Assembly: GCA_963749495.1 (NCBI GenBank)
Contig: CAVVMW010000012.1
Coordinates: 480,001-544,000, forward strand
DNA: 64,000 bases
Direction of reading: 5' to 3'
From: an uncultured bacterium
Lineage (GTDB): Bacteria; Verrucomicrobiota; Verrucomicrobiia; Limisphaerales; UBA8199
How positions within the stretch are numbered: the first letter of the stretch is position 1; the number at the start of each line of letters is the position of its first letter. The notes beneath the pieces are model-generated. The model was not told the DNA's origin, ran no database searches, and was given only the letters and a program-made list of their open reading frames with translations. Both the position numbers and the translations under genes were made by a program. Positions 45,082 through 54,900 of the stretch are shown here, in pieces.

Positions 45082-48000
45082 GTGAAGCTGGATGAGCTAA
45101 GACCGAACAAGATCCTCCGAGGCCCGCTTTTCCCTGAGCCCGTGCAGGTCATCGTCACCATGCCCATGGGGGCCGGGGTGAAGCTGATCGGCAAGGGCCT
45201 CCAGACGAGCAAGGTGTTTGAGGTTGTACTCACGCCAGAGAAACTCGCGCTACTCGAAACCACCCCCGACACCGAGCCGTTCGACGGCGACTCCAAAATG
45301 TTCCGCCTGGGCATCGAGGCCATGCGCCTTGCCCTCGCCTTCGAGTACGACCCCTACTTCTCGCTCTCCATCGCGCGCGTTGACCCGCTCCCGCACCAGC
45401 TCGAAGCGGTTTACGACTACTTCCTCCGCCTGCCCCGCATCCGGTTCCTGCTGGCAGACGACCCTGGCGCCGGCAAGACCATCATGGCCGGCCTGCTCAT
45501 CAAGGAGCTCAAGATTCGCGGCCTGGTCAAACGCATCCTCATCATCGCGCCCGCCAGCCTCTCCTTCCAGTGGCAGCGCGAGATGAAGGACAAGTTCCGC
45601 GAAAACTTCGAAATCATCCGTAGCGACATCCTCCGGGCCAACTACGGCTCCAATCCCTGGCAGGACAAAAACCAGGTCGTCACCTCCGTTTCCTGGGTTT
45701 CCCGCATCGAAGACGCCAAGGAAAGCCTCCTCCGCAGTCATTGGGACCTCATCATCGTGGACGAGGCCCACAAAATGAGCGCCGCCAGCCGCGACAAAAA
45801 AACCCTCGCCTACCAGCTCGGCGAGGAACTGTCGCGCATGACCGACCACTTCCTCCTGATGACCGCTACCCCGCACAAGGGGGACCCCGACCACTTCTGC
45901 CTGTTTCTCGAGCTGCTTGACCGCGACGTCTATGGCGACGTGAAGAGTTTGGAGGAGGCGATGAAGAAGCACGAGGCCCCGTTCTACCTCCGCCGCGTCA
46001 AAGAAGCCCTGGTCACCTTTCCGGACCCCGATACCGGAAAGGTCAAAAAGCTCTTCACAGAACGCGTCGTCCAAACCACCGAGTTCCAGGTCACCGAAAC
46101 GGGCGAGGACTGCGAAGCGGATTTTTACGATGCCCTGACCCGGTTCGTTGAGGACCAGTCCATCAAAGCAGCGTCCGAGAACTCCGCCCGTGGCCGGGCG
46201 CTCGGCTTCACCATGGCCATGCTCCAGCGCCGTTTTGCCTCCAGCATTTACGCCGTCCGCCGCAGCCTGGAGCGCATGAAGGAAAAGCGCGAAAAGATTC
46301 TGGCGGACCCCGAAGCCTATCGCCAGGAGCAGATTAACCGCCGGTTGCCGGAAGACTTCGAGGACCTCGCCGACGCGGAACGCCAGGCCGTCCTCGACGA
46401 ACTTGAGGAACTGGTCTTCTCCTACGACCCGGCCTCGTTGCGTGATGAAATCGTTGATCTCACGAAGCTGATTGACAAAGCCCGGCGTCTCGAAGATGCC
46501 GAAGTCGAATCCAAGCTCGTGAAACTCCGTGAGCTGCTGCAAGACCGGGGCGTTTTCACCGATCCGAAAATGAAGCTGCTCCTGTTCACCGAGCACAAGG
46601 ACACGCTCGACTATCTCGCGGGTGACGGTAAAGACGGGCGGCCCTTGGGCAAACTCGTGAAGTGGGGCCTCAGCCTCACGCAAATTCATGGCGGGATGAA
46701 GATCGGCGACCGCGACACACCCGGCACCCGCATCCATGCCGAGCGGGAGTTCCGCGAATCCGCCCAGGTCCTCGTCGCCACGGAAGCCGCGGGCGAAGGC
46801 ATCAATCTGCAGTTCTGCTGGTTCATGATTAACTACGACGTGCCTTGGAATTTTGTTCGCCTGGAGCAGCGCATGGGCCGCATCCACCGCTACGGCCAGG
46901 AGAAAGACTGTCTCATACTCAACTTTGTCTCGACCAGCACCCGTGAAGGCCGCGTAATGCAGAAGATCTTCGAAAGGGTTAAGGCGGCAGAAGACGACCT
47001 GGACCCCCAGCGAACCGGCAAAGTGTTCAATGTATTGGGCGACGTTTTCCCCGCAAACCTCGTCGAGAAAATGATACGCGACATGTACGCGCGAAACCAA
47101 ACCGAGGAGGTCATCAAGCAGCGCATCGTCGAGGGAGTGGATACAGCCCGTTTCCAGCGCATCACCGACTCAACCCTCGAAGGCCTCGCCAAGCGGGAGC
47201 TGAACCTCTCTGCCATCATTGGCAAATCCGCCGAGGCCAAGGAACGCCGCCTCGTGCCCGAGGTGATCGAAGACTTCTTCGTCCAGGCCGCCCCCACCTC
47301 CGGCATCCAGCTACGGCACGTGGCGTCCGAGGGTCTCCCTCGCCCCCTCCGAGGGGGAGAGGGCTGGGGTGAGGGGGCATCTTCATCGCTTCCCAGTTCT
47401 CACACCTACCGTATCGGCCGCGTTCCACGCCAGCTCTGGCCCATCGGCGAAAGGCTTGAACCCCGCTTCGGCAAACTCGGGCACGAATACAGAAACGTCG
47501 TTTTCGACAAGCAACTCCTGCCCAAGGACCCCACCCTGGAGTGGGTCACCCCCGGCCACCCTCTGTTCGAGGCCGTCCGCGAGGACCTGCTGGAGAACGC
47601 CGCCCCGGACCTCCAGCGCGGCAGCATCTTTTACGACCTGCACGCCAGCGCCCCGTACCGCCTCGATTTCTTCGTGGCCTCGGTCAAGGATGGCCGCGAC
47701 AACCAGATCCACCGCCGGCTGTTCGCCGTCCAGACGGAGCAAACCGGCCAGATGAGCGTCAAACAGCCCACCGTCCTCCTCGACCTCGCGGTGGCTCCCG
47801 CAGGGAGTGGAGCAGGCATCTTGCCTGCTCTGGAGGGTGGCTCAGGCTTCCAGCCTGAGGGCGGTGAGCGGACTCAGGAGGGAGCAGGCAAGACGCCTGT
47901 TCCACACTTCGAGCCCCTAAACAAAGCAGCCGAAATCCACAAACACCGCCGCTGGTTGCCGCATTGGGAACAGGACGGCTGCACATACTTTATCACCTTC

Positions 48001-49719
48001 CGGCTCGCCGATTCCATACCGCAGGAGAAGCTCAAAGCCTGGGAGGAGCAGAAGGGAATCTGGCTAAGACATCACCAGCAGCCGTGGTCGGAAAAGACCG
48101 CGGGCGAATACGAGGAACGGTTTGTAGAAGGGTTGCAGAAATGGCTGGATGCCGGCTACGGCTCGTGTGCCCTCCAGGATGGCGCGGTCCGCACCATAGT
48201 CGAGAATGCGCTGCGGCATTTCGACGGCCAACGTTATGCCCTGGACGAATTTGTCATTATGCCCAACCACGTCCATCTCCTGGTTCAGCCGATGGTCGGC
48301 TTCTCGCTTTCGAACATCCTGCATTCCTGGAAATCATTCAGCTCCAATGTCATCAACAAGCAACTGGGCCGTTCGGGAACATTTTGGCTCGACGAAAACT
48401 TCGATCACGCCGTCCGCAGCCTGAGCCAGTTCAATCACTTCCGCCGTTATATTGCGGAGAACCCAACCCAGGCGCATTTGCGCCCCGCCAGCTTTGCCCT
48501 GGGTCGTGGAACAGGCATCCTGCCTGCCTTGGAAGATTCCGCAGCATGGAGGCCCCCGGCACAAACCGGGGAAGGCAGGCAAGATGCCTGCTCCACACTG
48601 CCGGACCGGCGCGCGATCGAAGCGTTTCTCATCGAGCACGCCCTCAACCCGATGCTCGCGGAGGTCACCACCCAGCGCGCCAGGGAGACACAAATCATCA
48701 CCCGGCACCTCGAAATCAGCCTTAACGAACTCATCAACCGCCAGCAGGTGCGCCTCGGCGAGCTGTCCGAAATGCAGGAGCGCGGCCTGTCTGCCGACAG
48801 GCAGGCGACAACCTCCCAGCCGCTGGCCGCCAACATCAAGCAGACGGAGGACCGGATCGACGAACTGAACGCCCGCCTGGAGCACCGCCGCGCCGAGCTT
48901 GAGCGCGAGCGCGAATGCATGATCGGCGACATCCAGCACGTTGCCCGGGCTTGGGTGCTTCCGCACCCCGAGCGCAAGACCCCGCAAATCGCCGCCATGG
49001 TCTCGGACCCCGAAATCGAGCGCATCGCGGTCCAGTTCGCCATCAAGCATGAGGAGGCCCAGGGCCGCGCCGTCGAAAGCGTCGAGGCCGACAACCGTGG
49101 GTTTGACCTCATCTCGCGCACATTCGAGCTTCCCGGCCAGAGTCCCGGCGTCTTCTATGTGTACGCCATCCTTTGCAAAGACGATAGGGTCTATATCGGC
49201 CAGACCGAGGACCTCGCTCAGCGATGGGCCGAACATCGCACCGGACGAGGGGCCGACTGGACCAAATCCCACGGTACTCGCTACGTCCTGCACTATGAGC
49301 AGATGTCGAGTCGGGAGGCCGCAGTCGAACTTGAGCGCAGATGGAAGACCGGCTCTGGCCGGGAGGCTCTCAGGGCAAAGACCCAGACCGGCCACCTGCC
49401 TGCCGGCAGGCAGGTCGACGTCCGTTTCATCGAAGTCAAAGGCCGCGCCGACACCGGCGACATCGCCCTCACGTCGAACGAGTACAACACCGCCAAGCGC
49501 CTCAAAAAGGACTACTACCTGTATATAGTACTGCACTGCGCCCCCGCCTGCCGGCAGGCAGGGCAAGACCCCTCGCTCAATATTTTCAGAGACCCCGCCA
49601 TCCTCGACTGGCAACCCATCGTCAAAGTCGAACACTACCGTCTCAATCAAGATTCCATCAAGCACCCGGTGGAACTGAAAGAGGACCCGGTTATCTATCG
49701 CGCTGGAGGCAGCGTATGA
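45082..49719 (+). CDS. SNF2-family helicase with C-terminal DUF3883 nuclease, carrying in-frame RAYT and GIY-YIG domains
   Basis: PHQ, LADDPGAGKT, DEAH, TATPH, GEGINLQ, EQRMGRIHRYGQ; GFDLIS...FIEVKG; inserts described separately. Confidence 0.92.
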   Translation: MKLDELRPNKILRGPLFPEPVQVIVTMPMGAGVKLIGKGLQTSKVFEVVLTPEKLALLETTPDTEPFDGDSKMFRLGIEAMRLALAFEYDPYFSLSIARVDPLPHQLEAVYDYFLRLPRIRFLLADDPGAGKTIMAGLLIKELKIRGLVKRILIIAPASLSFQWQREMKDKFRENFEIIRSDILRANYGSNPWQDKNQVVTSVSWVSRIEDAKESLLRSHWDLIIVDEAHKMSAASRDKKTLAYQLGEELSRMTDHFLLMTATPHKGDPDHFCLFLELLDRDVYGDVKSLEEAMKKHEAPFYLRRVKEALVTFPDPDTGKVKKLFTERVVQTTEFQVTETGEDCEADFYDALTRFVEDQSIKAASENSARGRALGFTMAMLQRRFASSIYAVRRSLERMKEKREKILADPEAYRQEQINRRLPEDFEDLADAERQAVLDELEELVFSYDPASLRDEIVDLTKLIDKARRLEDAEVESKLVKLRELLQDRGVFTDPKMKLLLFTEHKDTLDYLAGDGKDGRPLGKLVKWGLSLTQIHGGMKIGDRDTPGTRIHAEREFRESAQVLVATEAAGEGINLQFCWFMINYDVPWNFVRLEQRMGRIHRYGQEKDCLILNFVSTSTREGRVMQKIFERVKAAEDDLDPQRTGKVFNVLGDVFPANLVEKMIRDMYARNQTEEVIKQRIVEGVDTARFQRITDSTLEGLAKRELNLSAIIGKSAEAKERRLVPEVIEDFFVQAAPTSGIQLRHVASEGLPRPLRGGEGWGEGASSSLPSSHTYRIGRVPRQLWPIGERLEPRFGKLGHEYRNVVFDKQLLPKDPTLEWVTPGHPLFEAVREDLLENAAPDLQRGSIFYDLHASAPYRLDFFVASVKDGRDNQIHRRLFAVQTEQTGQMSVKQPTVLLDLAVAPAGSGAGILPALEGGSGFQPEGGERTQEGAGKTPVPHFEPLNKAAEIHKHRRWLPHWEQDGCTYFITFRLADSIPQEKLKAWEEQKGIWLRHHQQPWSEKTAGEYEERFVEGLQKWLDAGYGSCALQDGAVRTIVENALRHFDGQRYALDEFVIMPNHVHLLVQPMVGFSLSNILHSWKSFSSNVINKQLGRSGTFWLDENFDHAVRSLSQFNHFRRYIAENPTQAHLRPASFALGRGTGILPALEDSAAWRPPAQTGEGRQDACSTLPDRRAIEAFLIEHALNPMLAEVTTQRARETQIITRHLEISLNELINRQQVRLGELSEMQERGLSADRQATTSQPLAANIKQTEDRIDELNARLEHRRAELERERECMIGDIQHVARAWVLPHPERKTPQIAAMVSDPEIERIAVQFAIKHEEAQGRAVESVEADNRGFDLISRTFELPGQSPGVFYVYAILCKDDRVYIGQTEDLAQRWAEHRTGRGADWTKSHGTRYVLHYEQMSSREAAVELERRWKTGSGREALRAKTQTGHLPAGRQVDVRFIEVKGRADTGDIALTSNEYNTAKRLKKDYYLYIVLHCAPACRQAGQDPSLNIFRDPAILDWQPIVKVEHYRLNQDSIKHPVELKEDPVIYRAGGSV
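47335..47376 (+). repeat. Translated palindromic element (LPRPLRGGEGWGEG)
   Basis: CTCCCTCGCCCCCTCCGAGGGGGAGAGGGCTGGGGTGAGGGG within helicase frame. Confidence 0.7.
47807..48596 (+). mobile_element. REP-flanked RAYT (HUH/Y1 transposase) cassette fused in frame inside the helicase
   Basis: LPHW, TYFITF, VIMPNHVHLL, SWKSFS, FW..ENFDHAVR, RRYIAENP; five GTGG-type REPs at 47807, 47837, 47882, 48506, 48574. Confidence 0.88.
49150..49415 (+). mobile_element. GIY-YIG nuclease domain plus palindrome inserted in frame in DUF3883
   Basis: FYVYAILC...VYIGQTEDLAQRWAEH..G...WTK...REAAVELERRWKTGSGRE; ACCTGCCTGCCGGCAGGCAGGT at 49394-49415. Confidence 0.82.
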
Positions 49720-50183
49720 GCAACCTCCACCAGGGTATCGCGGAGACAAGAGCCCTGCTGCATGCTGCTGGCAAGCAGTTGCACGGCATCACTCAGGACG
49801 CAGCCATCATGGCCGAAACCTCGGTGGAGACTGAGGCCGTGATTGAATCGGTCGCTGAGGCCATCGGCGCGGCTCTTCGCCGGCTTGAGTCCATCGCCTC
49901 CGAAAAAGCGCCATCTGCTGCGGTCCCTGGCGGGCCGACTCGCCAGCAAGGGCAATTCCTGGCGTTTATCCGCGAATACATGATGCGGAACCAAGCCGGG
50001 GTTGCTCCCCGTCATGCCGACCTCCAGCGGTTTTTCAACCTAACCGCTCCCGCGGTAAATTCGATGCTGATTCGGCTGGAGCAACGGGGATTCATCCGCC
50101 GCGTCGCCGGCAAGGCGCGCGCCATCGAACTCGTCATTAAGCCCGATTCGATTCCGCCACTCGACCGGCCTTTCAAATTCTGA
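49716..50183 (+). CDS. LexA/MarR-like winged-helix protein
   Basis: ATGA overlap; TRQQGQFLAFI..Y...GVAP..ADLQRFF..TAPAVNSMLIRLEQRGFIRR..GKARAIEL. Confidence 0.75.
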   Translation: MSNLHQGIAETRALLHAAGKQLHGITQDAAIMAETSVETEAVIESVAEAIGAALRRLESIASEKAPSAAVPGGPTRQQGQFLAFIREYMMRNQAGVAPRHADLQRFFNLTAPAVNSMLIRLEQRGFIRRVAGKARAIELVIKPDSIPPLDRPFKF

Positions 50184-50199
50184 CAAGCTCTTCACCCCC

Positions 50200-51753
50200 A
50201 TGACAACACCGGCCAAACTCCGCGTCTTTGTCAGTTCAGTTCAGAAGGAGCTGGAACACGAGCGCGCCGCCGCCGCCCAACTCATTTCCTTTGATCCGTT
50301 CCTGCTTAAGCACTGCGAGGCCGTCCTCTACGACAAGGAACCCCCGGTTGGTCGCCCGAACCCGAAGGCTTACCTCGATTGCCTCCGGTCCTGCCAAATC
50401 TATCTGCTGATTCTCGATGTCGAATACGGCCGCCCCGCCGGAGACCTCTCAGCTACTCACCAGGAATACCGGTTGGCTCAGCAGACGAAACTGCCGACCC
50501 TGGTGTTTATCCGCGGGCTGGACAGCAGGCGGGACGATGCCCGCGAGGCCAAGACGAAGGAGTTCGTCAACGAAATAAAGCGCGACGGCCACAAGTACGT
50601 CCGGTTTCACGATCGCGAAGACCTCAGGCTCGCCGTTCGTTCCGGCCTTTACTCGGTGCTGGAAAAAGAATTCAACCTCAAAGCGAGCCAGGAGGATTCT
50701 GAGGATGGCGAGCAGCTCATCGAAGTGGCTTCGACTTTCGAGACCGCACCGATCCCCGACGTGTCGGCACAGTCATTGGACGCGGCGGCGCTGGCCAGCT
50801 TCGTCGAGGCAGTGATCGAGCAACCAGAAATGCGCATCTGGGACGACGCCCCCGAGCACGCCCTGGTGACGCGCGGTCTGGCGGTGCAGCGTCCTGGCGA
50901 ACCGGCCATCGTCAGCCGTGCCGCCTACCTCCTCTTCGCTCCGCGCCCCGCCAACCGCTTCCCGCAGGCTGAAATTTTGGTGGACGCCTACCCCGAGACC
51001 GAAGTTTCAGGCAAGCCGCGCGGCCAACTCAACGTCAATGCCCCTCTCTTGGCTGCCATCGAGCAAATCCTGGAGTTTGCGGACAAGCACACCTTTCATC
51101 CCACGCGCGTGGTCGGCATCAATAACCTCACCCTTGACGAGTACCCGGTCGGCGCGCTGCGCGAAGCCCTCGTCAATGCTGTCGCCCACCGAAATTACGA
51201 GGACGCCAGCCGCAAAACCAACGTGCAGGTCTTCTCCGACCGCATTGTTGTGGCCAGTCCCGGCTACCCGCCCGCACCCTTGACACTCGCCAAGCTCCGC
51301 AAAGGCAACTACCGCGCCTGCTCACGCAACCCTCTGGTCGCCCAGTCCCTTGCCACCCTCAAACTCATGGAACAACGCGGCAGCGGCTTTGCCCGGATGC
51401 GCGACGCCATGCTCAACCACGGCCTTGACGTTCCCACTTTCGCCGAGCAGGACGGCTATTTCGTAGTCACCTTCCCGGGCCCCAACGGCAATTACGAGCG
51501 GCTCAAGGTTGCCGAAGGTACTCCCGGCCTCGTCTCCCCAGCCGTCGAAGCTCAGCTCAACGACCGGCAGAAAGCCATTATGGTTGAGGCCCAAAAAGCC
51601 GGCTCAGTTACGAGCGGCTGGTGCCGAAAACGTTTTGGCGTCACCTACAACACGGCCTACCTCGACCTATCAGACCTGGTTGAACGGAAACTCCTGGTCC
51701 AGGCGGGCAAGGGGAGGGCTACTCGCTACCAACTGGCCCCCGCCAAAACCTGA
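50200..51753 (+). CDS. DUF4062 plus ATP-binding (RecG-C/HATPase_c_4-like) plus wHTH protein
   Basis: RVFVSSVQKELEHER, SATHQEY; EYP..ALREALVNAVAHRNY, SRNP, EQRGSG; LNDRQ...DLSDLV...GKGRATRY. Confidence 0.85.
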   Translation: MTTPAKLRVFVSSVQKELEHERAAAAQLISFDPFLLKHCEAVLYDKEPPVGRPNPKAYLDCLRSCQIYLLILDVEYGRPAGDLSATHQEYRLAQQTKLPTLVFIRGLDSRRDDAREAKTKEFVNEIKRDGHKYVRFHDREDLRLAVRSGLYSVLEKEFNLKASQEDSEDGEQLIEVASTFETAPIPDVSAQSLDAAALASFVEAVIEQPEMRIWDDAPEHALVTRGLAVQRPGEPAIVSRAAYLLFAPRPANRFPQAEILVDAYPETEVSGKPRGQLNVNAPLLAAIEQILEFADKHTFHPTRVVGINNLTLDEYPVGALREALVNAVAHRNYEDASRKTNVQVFSDRIVVASPGYPPAPLTLAKLRKGNYRACSRNPLVAQSLATLKLMEQRGSGFARMRDAMLNHGLDVPTFAEQDGYFVVTFPGPNGNYERLKVAEGTPGLVSPAVEAQLNDRQKAIMVEAQKAGSVTSGWCRKRFGVTYNTAYLDLSDLVERKLLVQAGKGRATRYQLAPAKT

Positions 51754-51958
51754 ATTATCGAAATCTATCGATGAAATCGGCCAATCTATCGATTTGTGAC
51801 CCCCGGCGGGTGCCTCCAACGAATTATCGAAAACTATCGAAGATTTCGCGAAATCTATCGAAACGGGTCCGCCAAACCGTCCGACAATCGTCCGATGTTT
51901 TAGTTGATTCGTCCGATCAGCTCACTTCAGCCCTTAGCCTTCAGCCTTTAGCCCTCGC

Positions 51959-54900
51959 GTGAACTACCCCAAACGCCTCATCGAGGTTGACCTGCCCATC
52001 AAGCGCATCTCCGCTCACGCGCGGCGCGAGAAGTCCATCCGCCACGGTCACATCTCCACGCTGCACATCTGGTGGGCGCGGCGGCCATTGGCGGCATGTC
52101 GGGCGGTCATCTGCGCCGCGCTCTGGCCTGACCCGGCTGACCCGCTTTGCCCGGGCGCTTTCGTCACTATCGCCCGCGCTGAAATGCAGAAATGGACCGC
52201 CCATGACCGCCAGGCCAGGCTCAGCGCTGAGAGTTGCGAGCGGTTTGAGAAGGCCCGGCAGAAACCCGCGGTTTTCAAAGACGCAGTCCAACTCCGCGGT
52301 GCCCTGCTCGATTTCATCGCCGACTTCGCCAATTGGGACAACTCCACCGTGGCGGAGTTCCTCGACACCAGCCGGGCGCTCACCCAAGCGGCGCACGAGG
52401 CGCTGGGCGGCGCGCCCGGCACCCGCCCGCTTGTCGTGGACCCCTTTTGCGGCGGCGGCTCCATCCCGCTCGAAGCCCTGCGCGTGGGCGCGGACGCCTT
52501 TGCCAGCGACCTCAACCCTGTGGCCGTCCTCCTCAACAAGGTCGTCCTCGAATGGATCCCCAGATACGGCCAGCGCCTCGCCGATGAAGTTCGCAAATGG
52601 GGCGAGTGGATTAAGAAGGAGGCGGAGAAGGAATTGGCCGAGTTCTATCCCAAGGACCCGGACGGTGCGACTCCCATCGCCTACCTCTGGGCGCGTACCA
52701 TTCAATGCGAAGGCCCCGGTTGCGGCGCGGAAGTCCCCCTGATCCGCTCCCTCTGGCTGGCTAAGAAGGCCAACCGCTCCGTGGCCCTGCAACTCGTGCC
52801 ACGGCCCAGGGCAAAACGCGTGGATTTTCAAATCATCGCCAAACAACGCGGCGGCTGGGTGCACCAGGATGACCCGAAAACCAAGATCGAAGACCCGAAG
52901 TTCGACGGTACAGTGAAGCGCGGCTCTGCCACCTGCCCGTGCTGCGGTTACACGACGCCGGTAGCACGAGTGCGGGCACAACTGAAAGAAAGACATGGAG
53001 GAGCAAATGACGCCCGCATGATGTGCGTCGCGGGCCTTAGTCCAAAATCAGAGGGTCGTGCGTATCGGCTTCCGTGCGCCGAAGATTTCACAGCCATAGA
53101 ACGAGCGAGGCATGAATTGCAGAAACGCATCAAGGCACACACTGGGCGCGTGAGCCTTGTGCCCGACAAACCTTTGGATGTCCGAGGCATACGCCACACA
53201 TGGGCGATGATTTACGGCTTCGAGACGCAGGGTGATTTCTATTCTACGCGCCAGATGCTTGCACTGACAACATTGTCGCGGCTAATCAATCAAGTCGGAG
53301 CCGCATTGAAGCGGGAACACGATGCTGGATTTGCTGCCGCAGTCCAGACGGGTCTCGCTTTTGCGGTTAGCAAAGAGTCCGACCTGACAAATTCGCTCTG
53401 TAGCTGGAAACCTGATGCAGAGTGTCCCGTCCACATGATGGCGCGTCAAGCCATCCCGATGCTTTGGGACTTCACGGAAGCCGTAGCCACGTCTGAGTCA
53501 AGCGGCTCCTGGTCCAGCATGGTCGCGAGAACTGCCTACGCCATGGCATCGGCAGTTATGCCTTCTGACCAAACTGGCCAAACGACGCAGTGTTCGGCAG
53601 CCAAGCACGTCTTGCCGGACGATTCTGCGCACGCCTTCATCACCGACCCGCCCTACTATGACGCTGTGCCATACGCTTACTTGTCTGATTTCTTCTACGT
53701 TTGGCTGCGCAGGAATCTCGCCGGAGTGCATCCTGACCTATTCAAATTAGCAGTCGTCCCGAAGGATGAGGAAATCGTCGTTGATCGCATGCATGAGTTG
53801 AGTAACTCGACGCATGACATCGCGTTCTACGAGCGCGAGCTGACCAAAGCATTTGCCGAAGGCCGTCGCGTTCTTCGTGCCGATGGCGTGGGCACCGTCG
53901 TTTTCGCGAGTAAAACGACGGCGAGTTGGGAAGCGATTTTGAAAGCTGTCGTCGACGCCGGTTGGATTATCACTGGGTCTTGGCCCATCGAAACGGAGAT
54001 GGAAACGCGAGTATCGGCGCAAGGCCAGGCACGTCTCGCCTCCTCCGTCCATCTCGTCTGCCGGCCGCGCGAGAGCCCGCACGGCTCCGTTCCAACGCAC
54101 GAAGTTGGCGATTGGCGCGACGTGCTGGCCGAGTTGCCTCGCCGCATCCATGAATGGATGCCGCGCCTCGCCGAGGAAGGCGTCGTCGGCGCGGACGCCA
54201 TCTTCGCCTGTCTCGGCCCAGCCCTCGAGGTTTTCTCCCGTTACTCTCGCGTCGAAAAAGCCAGCGGCGAGCCCGTCACCCTAAAGGAATACCTTGAGCA
54301 GGTTTGGGCCGCCGTCGCCAAGGAAGCCCTCACCATGATTTTCACCGGCGCCGACGCCACCGGCTTCGAGGAAGATGCCCGTCTCACCGCCATGTGGCTT
54401 TGGACCCTCAAAACCGCCGATGCCAGCGGGACCGCAGGCGAGGCCACCGAGGACGATTCCGCCGACGACGACCTGCCTGCCGGCCAGGCAGGGGAAGCCG
54501 CCGGCGGAAAAGGCCGCGCTGGCGGATTTATGTTGGAGTATGATGCCGCCCGCAAGATCGCCCAGGGCCTCGGCGCGCACCTGGAGGAGCTCGGCAGCCT
54601 GGTCGAAGTGGCCGGCGAGACAGCCCGCCTGCTGCCTGTGGCGGAGCGAGCGCGGCCGCTCTTCGGCAAGGATGAAGGCAAGGCAACGCCCATCCGCAAA
54701 AGGCGCGTCCCCCAGATGGAACTGTTCAAAGCAGCACGAGAAGGCGACGACGGCAAACCGGCCTTCGGCGAGCCCAAAGTTGAACACATAGGGGCAACAA
54801 CCCTCGATCGCCTCCACCAAAGCATGATTTTGTTCGCCGCCGGCCGCAGCGAAGCCTTGAAGCGCTTTCTCGTCGAAGACGGCGCCGGCAACAACACCCG

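Noticed and set aside
47807..49415. Inteins in the helicase
   Set aside because: No Cys/Ser start with His-Asn end splicing motifs seen around either insert.
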